Assembly: GCA_964016885.1 (NCBI GenBank)
Contig: OZ024754.1
Location: 9,672,001 to 9,736,000, forward strand
DNA length: 64,000 nt
Source: Eledone cirrhosa
Taxonomy: Eukaryota
Reading direction: 5' to 3'
The translations under genes and the position numbers were made by a program. The notes under the pieces are model-generated. The model saw only the letters and a list, made by a program, of their open reading frames with translations. It did not search any database and was not told where the DNA came from. Shown here in pieces: positions 52,634 to 64,000 of the stretch. Within the stretch, counting starts at the first letter, position 1; the number at the start of each line of letters is the position of its first letter.

Positions 52634-55296
52634 CTGGAAAGGGGATACCTGTGAGATATAGTGGTCAAACTGGCTGGAAAGGAGGATATCTGTGAGATAT
52701 AGTGGTCAAACTGACTGGAAAGGGGATATCTGTGAGATATAGTGGTCAAACTGACTGGAAAAAGGGATATCTGTAAGATATAGTGGTCAAACTGGCTGGA
52801 AAGGAAGATATCTGTAAGATATAGTGGTCAAACTGGCTGGAAAGGAAGATATCTGTAAGATATAGTGGTCAAACTGACTGGAAAGGAAGATATCTGTGAG
52901 ATATAGTGGTCAAACTGACTGGAAAGGAAGATATCTGTGAGATATAGTGGTGAAACTGACTGGAAAAAGGGATATCTGTAAGATATAGTGGTCAAACTGA
53001 CTGGAAAAAGGGATATCTGTAAGATATAGTGGTCAAACTGACTGGAAAAAGGGATATCTGTAAGATATAGTGGTCAAACTGACTGGAAAAAGGGATATCT
53101 GTAAGATATAGTGGTCAAACTGACTGGAAAGGAAGATATCTGTAAGATATAGTGGTCAGACTGACTGGAAAGGAGGATACCTGTGAGATATAGTGGTCAA
53201 ACTGACTGGAAAGGGGGATATCTGCGAGATATAGTGGTCAAACTGACTGGAAAGGGGGATACCTGTGAGATATAGTGGTCAAACTGACTGGAAAGGAAGA
53301 TATCTGTGAGATATAGTGGTCAAACTGACTGGAAAGGGGGATATCTGCGAGATATAGTGGTCAAACTGACTGGAAAGGGGGATACCTGTGAGATATAGTG
53401 GTCAAACTGACTGGAAAGGAAGATATCTGTGAGATATAGTGGTCAAACTGGCTGGAAAGGAGGATATCTGTGAGATATAGTGGTCAAACTGGCTGGAAAG
53501 GAAGATATCTGTGAGATATAGTGGTCAAACTGACTGGAAAGGGGGATACCTGTGAGATATAGTGGTCAAACTGGCTGGAAAGGAAGATATCTGTGAGATA
53601 TAGTGGTCAAACTGGCTGGAAAGGAGGATATCTGTGAGATATAGTGGTCAAACTGGCTGGAAAGGAAGATATCTGTGAGATATAGTGGTCAAACTGACTG
53701 GAAAGGAAGATATCTGTGAGATATAGTGGTCAGACTGACTGGAAAGGAGGATACCTGTGAGATATAGTGGTCAAACTGACTGGAAAGGGGGATATCTGCG
53801 AGATATAGTGGTCAAACTGACTGGAAAGGGGGATACCTGTGAGATATAGTGGTCAAACTGACTGGAAAGGAAGATATCTGTGAGATATAGTGGTCAAACT
53901 GACTGGAAAGGGGGATATCTGCGAGATATAGTGGTCAAACTGACTGGAAAGGGGGATACCTGTGAGATATAGTGGTCAAACTGACTGGAAAGGAAGATAT
54001 CTGTGAGATATAGTGGTCAAACTGGCTGGAAAGGAGGATATCTGTGAGATATAGTGGTCAAACTGGCTGGAAAGGAAGATATCTGTGAGATATAGTGGTC
54101 AAACTGACTGGAAAGGGGGATACCTGTGAGATATAGTGGTCAAACTGGCTGGAAAGGAAGATATCTGTGAGATATAGTGGTCAAACTGGCTGGAAAGGAG
54201 GATATCTGTGAGATATAGTGGTCAAACTGGCTGGAAAGGAAGATATCTGTGAGATATAGTGGTCAAACTGACTGGAAAGGAAGATATCTGTGAGATATAG
54301 TGGTCAAACTGACTGGAAAGGGGGATACCTGTGAGATATAGTGGTCAAACTGGCTGGAAAGGAAGATATCTGTGAGATATAGTGGTCAAACTGACTGGAA
54401 AGGAAGATATCTGTGAGATATAGTGGTCAAACTGACTGGAAAGGGGGATACCTGTGAGATATAGTGGTCAAACTGGCTGGAAAGGAAGATATCTGTGAGA
54501 TATAGTGGTCAAACTGGCTGGAAAGGAGGATATCTGTGAGATATAGTGGTCAAACTGGCTGGAAAGGAAGATATCTGTGAGATATAGTGGTCAAACTGAC
54601 TGGAAAGGAAGATATCTGTGAGATATAGTGGTGAAACTGACTGGAAAGGAAGATATCTGTAAGATATAGTGGTCAAACTGACTGGAAAGGAAGATATCTG
54701 TGAGATATAGTGGTCAAACTGACTGGAAAGGAAGATATCTGTGAGATATAGTGGTGAAACTGACTGGAAAGGAAGATATATGTAAGATATAGTGGTCAAA
54801 CTGACTGGAAAGGAGGATATCTGTGAGATATAGTGGTGAAACTGACTGGAAAGGAGGATATCTGTGAGATATAGTGGTCAAACTGACTGGAAAGGAGGAT
54901 ATCTGTGAGATATAGTGGTCAAACTGGCTGGAAAGGAAGATATCTGTAAGATATAGTGGTCAAACTGGCTGGAAAGGAAGATATCTGTAAGATATAGTGG
55001 TCAAACTGACTGGAAAGGAGGATATCTGTGAGATATAGTGGTCAAACTGGCTGGAAAGGAGGATATCTGTGAGATATAGTGGTGAAACTGACTGGAAAGG
55101 AGGATATCTGTGAGATATAGTGGTCAAACTGACTGGAAAGGAGGATATCTGTAAGATATAGTGGTGAAACTGACTGGAAAGGAAGATATCTGTAAGATAT
55201 AGTGGTGAAACTGACTGGAAAGGAAGATATATGTAAGATATAGTGGTCAGACTGACTGGAAAGGAGGATATCTGTGAGATATAGTGGTGAAACTGA
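52634..55296. repeat. 41-bp satellite, about 65 copies
   Basis: GATATAGTGGTCAAACTGACTGGAAAGGAAGATATCTGTGA tandem. Confidence 0.97.
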
Positions 55297-56185
55297 CAAT
55301 GGACACTAGGGCTCTCCCTTTCCTAAAAACAATCATTATCATGAGAGAAATGTGAATGGAAAGAAACAAAAGAACAATGCAAGGGGAGACAACAATGATG
55401 AGGATCCAAAATGTGACAGAAGTGAAAAAGAGAGAAGAAAAAGGTTGTAAAAAAAAATAAGAGTATGGGTAGAAGAAGAGGGAACTAGAAAGTGATGAAA
55501 ATAGAGAAATAAGATTGCAGGGAATAAGAGAGAAATATATAAGTAAGAAAGTAAAAATAAATAAGATTGCAAAAGAAAAGTAGAGAGAAAGATAAAAAAA
55601 ACTAAAGATAGTAAAGCTGGGAAAATAAGATTAAAACTACAGAAAAAATGTACGAAAGAACGCAATAGCAGGGTAGTGCATTTGATTATAATCCTAATCT
55701 TCATCTCATATCTGAAAAACTTGTATCCCTTGGCTTTCTGTGCAAAACATGTGACAATTGTGCTGCTAGAAAGTAGTATAAGTAATTATTAGGCTTATAT
55801 TTTTTTCTCAACAGTAAGTTCTGTTTACCTATAATTGATTCATCAGATAATATGTTTCCCTTGGGGGAGGAGGTATCACTGTAGAATCAAAACACTTTTT
55901 CAAAACCCTTTAACTATATAATTTTCTTTTTTAAATGATATTATTTGAGGCTAAAAATTTTCAAAGGAAGTAAACTGATGAGAATTTAAGTGCAAGGACA
56001 AATTTCTCACAGAATTGGTTCTCTCTAGCTTTTTATAAAATAAAGAGACAATATTTTATAGATGTATTATATGGGTGATGTTTTAAAAAAATCACATTGT
56101 AACTATAAATATTATCCAAAATACAAGATTAGAAATTATTTTAAAGCAGCCAAAAAGCGCTTTATGAAAATATATCTATTCAACA

Positions 56186-56700
56186 AAAAGCACCCAGTCC
56201 ACTCTGTAAAGTGGTCGTGTAAGCGCCACAGTCAAAAAGCACCCAGTACTCACTGTAAATGAGGTTGGTGTTAGGAAACTCATCCAGCTGTAGAAATCAA
56301 GCCAAAATCAGTTCCCGTATGACCAAGACATGGTCACCTGACCTGGCATTGCCCACAAAAGGACAACCTGTCTAACCCATGCTAGCGTGGAAGAATGGAC
56401 GTAAAATGATGATGATGATGGCTCATATCAGAAGTGTTCAGTATGCTTTAGAACAGCAAGCTTTTGAGGTTAGCAGGCCTCAGTGCTTTGCAGTATCTCA
56501 TCAGCGGGCCAGGAAAGGTAAAGTCAAAGGTCAATACAGCTTGACACCAGTGACATTACAGCTCATTTCTACAGCTGAGTAAACTGGAACAACATGAAAT
56601 AAAGTGTCTTGCTCAAGGATACAATGTATCACGAGGTCCAGGTATTGAACTCACAACCTCACGATTGTGATTCCAGCCCTCTAACCACTAAGCCATGCAC
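56186..56700. mobile_element. SINE/RTE 3' fragment (+, 56186-56420) and older CORE SINE (-, about 56560-56700)
   Basis: Module AAAAAGCACCCAGT, RTE tail; antisense A/B boxes and CORE. Confidence 0.75.
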
Positions 56701-56938
56701 TTTCACACACACACACACACACACACAATCATTATCATCATCATCTATTAACGTCCATTTTCCATGCTAGCATAAGTTAGACGGGTTTGTCCCATTTAGA
56801 GGTAAGTTGGGTTGGGTGACCTAGTCTCGCTCATATAGGTGTGTTTATGGCTGGTTTTCAGCCATATATATATATATATATATACATATATATATCAATG
56901 ATATTAATAAATGGAAACTATATTTATAAAACCATATT

Positions 56939-56999
56939 TATTCTATTATATATATTTCAAGGGTACCAAAACTTTGGTACACTCTCATCAGATAAAATA
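56939..56999 (-). ncRNA. Type I hammerhead ribozyme (minimal stem III)
   Basis: Minus strand TATTTTAT-CTGATGA-GAGTGTACCAAA-GT-TTTGGTACCCTT-GAAA-TATATA-TA-ATAGAATA; 8-bp stem I, stem II 11 of 12 pairs, palindromic stem III, AUA site. Confidence 0.8.
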
Positions 57000-57039
57000 C
57001 CAAGTTTGTTTTATAAATATTGACATATCCAGGAATGCG

Positions 57040-57542
57040 ACCTTAACGGTTCATGTTTTACTATCCAGGTAAAACTTGAACCGTTAAGGTGTAATACATG
57101 GCTCAGAAAGATTCCCTTCCTTGAGCTATTTAATTGTAAAAAACTATTTTGAGTTTCTAACTCAATCTATGATATTCTCAGCTCCATACGTAGAGCTAAC
57201 TTTAGTCTCATAAAACCGGCTGCTATTTTTAGCGGCATGAGATGCGTTAGGCGCTGCAACATGTGCTTTTATATCAACACATAGTTCAGTCTTCTTAGAT
57301 CTTTTGAAGAGCACAGGTATGGTGGCTTTCACTTAATAATTGTTGCGAAACAGATTTTAGATCGGTCCGGGTATCAAAGGCAGTTGCCCGATATAGGTTT
57401 GTTATTTACTTTAAATCGAGACAGGCAAACCATATCGTTTTAAATTAGTATTTTTTCAACCTAGCTAACTTGGTCATTTGCAATTCGAACACATGTATAC
57501 TTGTATCTGTGTTCATCCCTCTCATATATTCAATTGTATATA
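57040..57542. mobile_element. Hairpin-headed element related to the 5602-6035 palindrome
   Basis: 22-bp fold-back at 57040-57090; 57094-57158 matches 5975-6035; 57378-57542 matches 5799-5974. Confidence 0.7.
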
Positions 57543-57607
57543 TTTATATGTGTATATATATATGTGTATATACACACACATCATCATCATCATTTCATCA
57601 TCATTTC

Positions 57608-57930
57608 ATTTTACGTCCACTTTTCCCTGCTTGCAAGGGTGGGACGGGAACTGATTCTGGCTTGATTTCTACAGCTGGATGCCCTTCCTAACACCAACCT
57701 CATTTACAGTGAGTGCTGGGTGCTTTTTTGCCGTGGCACCTACGCGTCCACTTTTCAGTGGAATGATAAGGACCCCAGTCCCTATCATCTCATTTCTACA
57801 GCTGAGTAAACTGGAGCAATGTGAAATAAAGTGTCTTGCTCAAGGAAACAACACATCACCCGGTCTGAGAATTGAACTCACAACCTTTCGATTGCAAGGC
57901 CAATGCTCTAACCACTAAGCCATGTGCCCC
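57608..57930 (-). mobile_element. SINE-A
   Basis: Near-identical to the other full copies. Confidence 0.9.
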
Positions 57931-58729
57931 CTATATATATATATATACCTGTGTGTGTTTGTAAATACACACACATAAAGAGATTGATTTAGTAGACCAA
58001 TCAAAATGTCGATAACATCACAAGAGATGAAGTATGTTTGTATGCATGTAAGTGTATATATGTATATATATATATATATATATATAAGTGTATGTGTGTA
58101 TATATGTCTCATTGAACTTTTCTCCTTCTCACCTTCTGTTTCTCTCTCTCTTTTCTATGTCCACCTTTCTCCCCCCTCTCTTCTATGTCTCCATGTCTCC
58201 CTCTCTCTCTCTTTTCTATCCGCCTCTCTCTCTCTCTCTCTCTCTCTTCTATGGCTGCCTCTCTCTCCCTCTCTCTGGTCAACTATTGGTCAACTAATTA
58301 TTTACTGATACGACAATACAAAACAAAACAAAAAAATAAATAAATAAAATAAAAAATAAAATAAAATAAAATAAATAAAAAGTAAAATAAAATAATAATA
58401 AATAAACATCAAAAAGCTTTAAAATTAAAAGAAAAATACATGTTTTATTGAAATTTTATCTCTCCAGAATGTAGGTTTATTATAGAAATTTCACACATTT
58501 TGGACTGCAACTATGCAGCTGGCTGGTCTTATTTCTGATTAAACTTTGATCTTGTTGATTTCTGATTAAATTTCGATTTAACACAAATCTTTTCTTCCAC
58601 TTTTTCTCATCTAGACACTCTATATATATCTATCTAGATCAAATGTTGTCTACAGATCTTTGATACATCTTAAGAACAGAACCAAATGGAGGAAGGCCTT
58701 GTTGTAGTCACTCAACCTGCTAGAAATAG

Positions 58730-59142
58730 TTGATTGACAGTATTGGTAGAGTGTCGCCCAACATCCCTTTGAGTTTAGCTTTGCTTTTGATTTACACTGG
58801 CATTGATTTAATTGATTTTCCCCCTCCCTGAAAATTGTTGGCCTTGTGCCTAAATCAGAAACCATTCTGAGTTCAAATCCTGCCGAGGTTAGCTTTGCCT
58901 TTCATCTTTACAGAGTCAATAAAATAAAGTACCAGTAATACACTGGGATTGATTGAATCAATTTCCCCTTCCTCCAAAATTGTTGGCCTTGTGCCTAAAT
59001 GAGAAACCATTCCGAGTTCAAATCCCACCAAGGTTAGCTTTGCTTTTCATCCTTATGGGAATTGATAAAATAAAGTACCAGTAATACACTGGGATTGATT
59101 GAATCAATTTTCCCTTCCTCCAAAATTGCTGACCTTGTGCCA
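58730..59142 (+). mobile_element. SINE-B with tandemly repeated 3' portion (x3)
   Basis: GAGTTCAAATCC..GGCCTTGTGCC units. Confidence 0.8.
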
Positions 59143-59613
59143 GTTACAATAACTTTCATTTTGTCATATATTTATTACATTTTAATGTCTACCTTTGGGG
59201 TAGAAAATAAACGTCTCGTTGTTGGACAGTTTATTTTATTTTGTAAATATTTGCTGGCTTGTGTAACAATATGTCTTTGTATGGCTCAAATGCCCCTTAG
59301 AACTGTGAACATGTCTTCAGACAATTTATAAACAAGAACATTAATTTAATTACAAAATTGGACAAAAGAAAGATAAATTTCATTTAAACAAGCAAACACA
59401 GATATTTGAACTAGACAGAAAAAATGCCAATTTCCAAAATAGGAGCCAGCAATGACGATGGTAACAAAAGCAGTAAATACAAACAAATAATTCTGAATAT
59501 GGGTCAACTATCAGAATATATATATATATATCATCATCATCATCATTTTACATCAGCTTTTCCCTGCTAGCATGTATGTGTATATATGTATATATATATA
59601 TGTGTATATATAT

Positions 59614-60150
59614 GTTGTGTCACTCTTGAGTGCTACTGGTAACATGTAACCCAGTACAATCTGTCGCATGGTCAGGTCGTCGGCGACTAAACCGGCAACC
59701 CCACCAAGTTTACTTGGTGAAGAGGGGGATTTTGGACACCTTACAGGACAAAAAACAAAACCTGACAAAGGGTGGAAGAACTCATAAGAGTCAACGGCCA
59801 TCCAAAAATGTGTAAATATGTATATACACATTTACCGCAAGGTTAAACCACTGGGAGTTAAGGACCTCTAGCATTTGTCAAGGCATTCTTCTAGGAGAAG
59901 ACAACTCAGGAAACTGGGATAACTCTGATATAAAACCTGCGGCTCTGTAGTTACCGATGATGTTGTTCTTTTCTTCTTTTCGGGTTATAGCTACTGTCGC
60001 TCAGAGAGTGGGATTGGCTCAGTGCACAGTCTTTCCTCACTTTAAAAAATATCTTCACGCACAGGCATTGCACGATAGAATTAATTAATAATTATTAATA
60101 GTGTTATATCATGCAATGGCCATACTCGATAACGAGGGGGTATGGCCAGC
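59614..60150 (+). mobile_element. Non-autonomous bipartite RTE-BovB-type element (5'UTR plus 3' terminus)
   Basis: 59695-60070 homologous to 6435-6750 (minus); about 60112-60140 identical to the 3' terminus near 20736-20764. Confidence 0.7.
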
Positions 60151-60181
60151 CACATCAGACACTGGAATAGTTCCTTTATTT

Positions 60182-60219
60182 TCCTCGGAAGAAGAGCTAT
60201 TAATCTCGAAATATCAGGA
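60182..60219 (+). ncRNA. Decayed minimal hammerhead (Penelope pLTR-type)
   Basis: TCCT-CGGAAGA-A-GAG-CTATTAAT-CTC-GAAA-TA-TC-AGGA; one core substitution; AATAAA follows. Confidence 0.5.
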
Positions 60220-60837
60220 TATATGAATAAATTAAGGTAAAAAAACAACCCCTGTTCTTTACAATTTAATTATTTTCTGTCCAAACCTGCATTGTCGTGG
60301 CTTTCAAACTTTGAATTCTTTATACCATATACAATTCTTTAAGTAAACTACAAATTCCTTCTATATAGAATAAATTTTTGCCCATATGCAATTCAACATA
60401 TCCAACATCCTTTTTACATAGCTTAGCATTAAACCTAAGATATCATTGATTGTGAGGAGAAAGAGGCCGAGGGTTTGGGGCAGGGAGTGGAATAAATGGT
60501 TTTTAACAGAGCTTATAATTTCCTAATGTTTCCGTTTGTTCTACCCAACACCTAAAAATTGATTTTCTTCTATTTCTTCTAATTAGCATCAGTTACATTT
60601 TTGGCATTTATCACAAAAGCATTTAATGAAAAATGTTTCACAACTCTAACTAAATAAGTTGTCACTATCAAGAAATATATTTCATTTCTCTCCCTTTTTT
60701 TTTTGTGTGTATTTATTTCATATGTAGCTTCTTATTAAAATATGAAAGACACTTATCTTTTATATGGTTTTAATAATGTTTTCAAAATGTTTCATATTCT
60801 AACATACTTCACATTATAACACAGGTGATAATTTTTC

Positions 60838-61307
60838 CTCACACACTTACACCTCTCCAAGACAATGTCACTGGACCGAGATCTTTGGCGATACACAGTT
60901 ATACAGAAGACCCGCCTTGCCTAAGTACAGAGCAAAAACCTACAGTCAGTAGGCACCTCTAACAAAAATACACCCCGGCCCCACTACACCCACCCCATCC
61001 ACACCACCCCTTCCAATGTAAAGTTATGCTGGTACCACAGCATCCAGTCCGAAACAAATGAGGGCGTGTAGGTGTCACGACAAAAAAACACACAGTCCAC
61101 GCTGTAATGTGGCCGTGTAGGCAACGCGGTAAAAACCTCCCAGTCCAGACTGTAAATGTGGTTGGTGTTAGGAAGGGCATCCAGCCGTAGAAAACCCGCC
61201 AGACAGTCCTATACGAGCAAGACAACCAATCTTGCCTCAAGTGGGAAAATTCCCGTCCAAACCCATGCTAGTGTGGAAGATGGACGTTAAACGATGATGA
61301 TGATGAT
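60838..61307 (+). mobile_element. RTE 3' end with long 3'UTR
   Basis: Nearly identical to 29313-29770. Confidence 0.85.
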
Positions 61308-61897
61308 AGATATATTTCTTTATTAGCCACAATAGATAGATAGATAGATAACATCAAAGCAGCCAGAAATTGCTATTTTCAGAAAACCACCAGTCCCAAC
61401 TCTGAAGATGAAAACCTCATTTTGTCCTGAGTCCTAGCAATTAATGACCAGAAGAAAGCAAGTCCCACACCATTCATAGTCAAGACATTTCATTGTTTTG
61501 CTGTGAGATAAGAGTGAAAACTGTTGCCTGATGGCACAAAAAAAATGAACATGAAAAATAAAATTATTTAGTCAAAACAAAAGGTAACCAAGACACACAT
61601 AGAGGAACCCAGATCTCCCTCAGACCGTGAGAAATACAGTGGTGATTAGATAGAATATATTCTGTGTGGTTTGGGTTACAATCTAAAATGTTGTGTAAAT
61701 ATGTGTATAAGATGTATAATATGCATTTCTGTGGTCTGTGTTGTACTAATAGCAGCTGGTGAATGGTATAAAGGTTAGAAATTGTGACTGTGAGAAACAA
61801 CTACAATAAATTATATATAATAGTTTTCTTCTATTATCTATGTACCACCAAAGATGCAGACCTTTACTAGACTAAGTGATGTGATAAGTCAATGACC

Positions 61898-62104
61898 CTA
61901 ACCCTTTAGCATTTACATTACTCTATACTTACTATTATATATTCACAGTAAAGGCTTTACCTCATAAATTTTCACATAAATATCTCACATAATATCTCAC
62001 ATAATATTTTGATATAAGTATGAGCAGCCTGTTATGGCCGGTTTGAACAGAAAGAGGTGAGAGAATTCTGGCTGGCTATGGGTGGTTTAAATGCTAAAGG
62101 GTAA
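61898..62104. mobile_element. piggyBac-type MITE (internally deleted)
   Basis: CCCTTTAGCATTTACATTACTCT..AATGCTAAAGGG. Confidence 0.8.
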
Positions 62105-62946
62105 AAGAAAATATGCAGGCTTGAAAAAAATTGTAATTACAGGCTTGAATAAGTAGGATAATTCATACAGAAATAAGTGACATTTTCTAGTGACAACAAT
62201 TATAAAAGCAAGTTTGGGTTAAAGATATTACAGAAGTAATATTATGCATTTGTTCTTGAATTAAAGTCCTTATGAGTCACACATCGTTATGTGTGCAGAA
62301 AATTATGTTGATATGAAATAGATGAAATCAAGATAAGCAGATAGCAACATTGTAGAATCGAAATATTGTAAATCGATGTCTTGTTCAAATGAAATGTGTC
62401 ATTCTAAGACAAGCTGAAACAAGAGTAGACAATGACAGATTTCCCCCTGGTTGAGGTCTATGCAAATGAGGAGTGGACAGCCTACTTTGGCTGAGTTACC
62501 AGGAAGAGAGAGAAAAAAACTTTGAATTGCTGTTTATATAACCAATGCATAACTAAGAAATATTGTAATTTTAATGAGGTGCGTGTCTTAGTGGTTAGAG
62601 TATTGGATTTGCATTCATGAGGCTGCAAATTCAATTCCCAGACCAGGCGATGCATTATGCCCTTGAGCAAGACACTTTATTCCATGTTCCCCTTTCTGCC
62701 AGGTGTTGTAACTGGTAGATAGGATCAGCAATGGAAATACCAAAGAAAACATTGTTTCCTTTGTCTGATTTGACAATTTCCACTCCATTCGGTAAATAAA
62801 TGAAGCCTGGGATCTTGCAGATCAATTCAATCCATTGATTCAATAAACAGTGGATGATTGAAACTTGTCACATGTTTTTTTATGTTCTATACATGTCACA
62901 TGTATAGTATACATAGTATAGTACAGTGCAGGGGCCTCGTTTGCCT

Positions 62947-63174
62947 TTAACCCTTTAATGTTCAAACCGGCCAAAACCGGCCAGAATTTTCTACCTTTTT
63001 CTGTTGAAACTGGCTGTAACTGGCCACTCATACTTATGTTAAGGTATTGTTCTCAAAATAAATACTTCCAAAATCTCATAGATTCGATATTATGTGAGAT
63101 AATTATGCGAGGTAAAGCCTTTACCATGAAAATATAATAGTATATATAGAGTAATGTAAATGCTAAAGGGTTAA
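62947..63174. mobile_element. piggyBac-type MITE
   Basis: TTAA-CCCTTTA..TAAAGGG-TTAA. Confidence 0.9.
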
Positions 63175-63443
63175 AATGTGTGGCGGCGGGGTGGGGGTTC
63201 AAACCAACATTTCTTGATTCTTAAAGGAGCATAAATTGCTTATGGTGCCTTTCCCAGACCCTATCATATAAGTAAAATTTTATGCTAATTAAATTTTATA
63301 TATTCAAATGAAGTCCAGATATAAAAAAAAAAAGCTTAAAAGGAATTTATTATATCAAATAAACAAAAAATAAAATATAGACGTTTGAAAAAGTGGGGGT
63401 GGACTTGTCCCCTGGGACCCCCCCTGAAACAAGGCCCTTGCTA

Positions 63444-63630
63444 CAGTGGTTCCCAAAGTAGATTCCACAGAGACCCTAGAGTTCCGCAAAGGAGTGTCTG
63501 GGGTTCCATGAAAAAAAAGACAGTAGAGTATATTTATATTACGACCATATAACAGCATTAGACTTCAGGGTTCCCCCTAAATTTCTGAACTAAAAAGGGT
63601 TCCATGTTTGTAAAAGTTTTGGAAACCCTG
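63444..63630. mobile_element. hAT (Charlie-like) MITE
   Basis: CAGTGGTTCCCAAA..TTTGGAAACCCTG termini with repeated GGGTTCC motifs; 8-bp TSD not preserved. Confidence 0.6.
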
Positions 63631-64000
63631 GTATAATATACAACAAAACGTGTATAGCATATAAGAAAAAAATATTTTGTACATCAAAAAGGTTTTGTAA
63701 TTTGTTATCTAAGCTATAATAAAGTAAGGAGTGTGGGACTGCGTACAGAATATTTTTTTATCCCGTTTGTAAAATAAGTTGGATTATGTTGTGCAAGGGA
63801 AGGGCAATGGCACCAGTGACGTCACAACTTATTTTTACAGCCCAGTAGACTTACTAATTACGTCTATAGTAAACAACGAAACACATTTGTTTACATAAAA
63901 AACAATAATTTTGTAATTTGTTGTGACACAACGAAAGTCATTTTTTTTTACATAAAAAAACAAAACATTTTTTGTACTTCTGTACTTGACTAGTTACGTC

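Noticed and set aside
55970-56030. CTGATGA followed by a hairpin
   Set aside because: No GAAA at the stem base and no stem I
59614-59705. HDV-like ribozyme at the RTE 5' end (hairpins, GGCGACTAAACCGG)
   Set aside because: Could not assemble nested P1/P3/P1.1; may be truncated and needs a descriptor search
63640-64000. Possible DNA transposon end or CRE site (GTGACGTCAC near 63816-63825)
   Set aside because: Truncated by the window edge; a single motif is not enough evidence

Overview
AT-rich, repeat-saturated eukaryotic non-coding DNA. It is probably from an octopod cephalopod, inferred from the SINE types and microsatellite load and not verified. No host protein-coding gene could be supported. 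Almost all listed ORFs are microsatellite read-throughs, and the only recognisable protein sequence comes from decayed retrotransposons (several RTE lineages, Tx1/L1, R4/Dong) plus a possible Helitron scrap. The window also holds two tRNA-derived SINE groups, TTAA piggyBac-type MITEs, a hAT-type MITE and several mini/satellites. The most notable hidden signal is about eight type I hammerhead-ribozyme folds in short, mostly sequence-unrelated non-coding elements beside (TA)n tracts. These often occur as fold-back palindromes and are followed by a covarying RCTC..GAGY hairpin, an architecture resembling Penelope pLTRs or retrozymes. The second signal is a stack of five Tx1-type 3' ends, all inserted into one (TCTA)n tract and carrying covarying 3'UTR hairpins. 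All structures were read by eye; no folding, alignment or database search was run.
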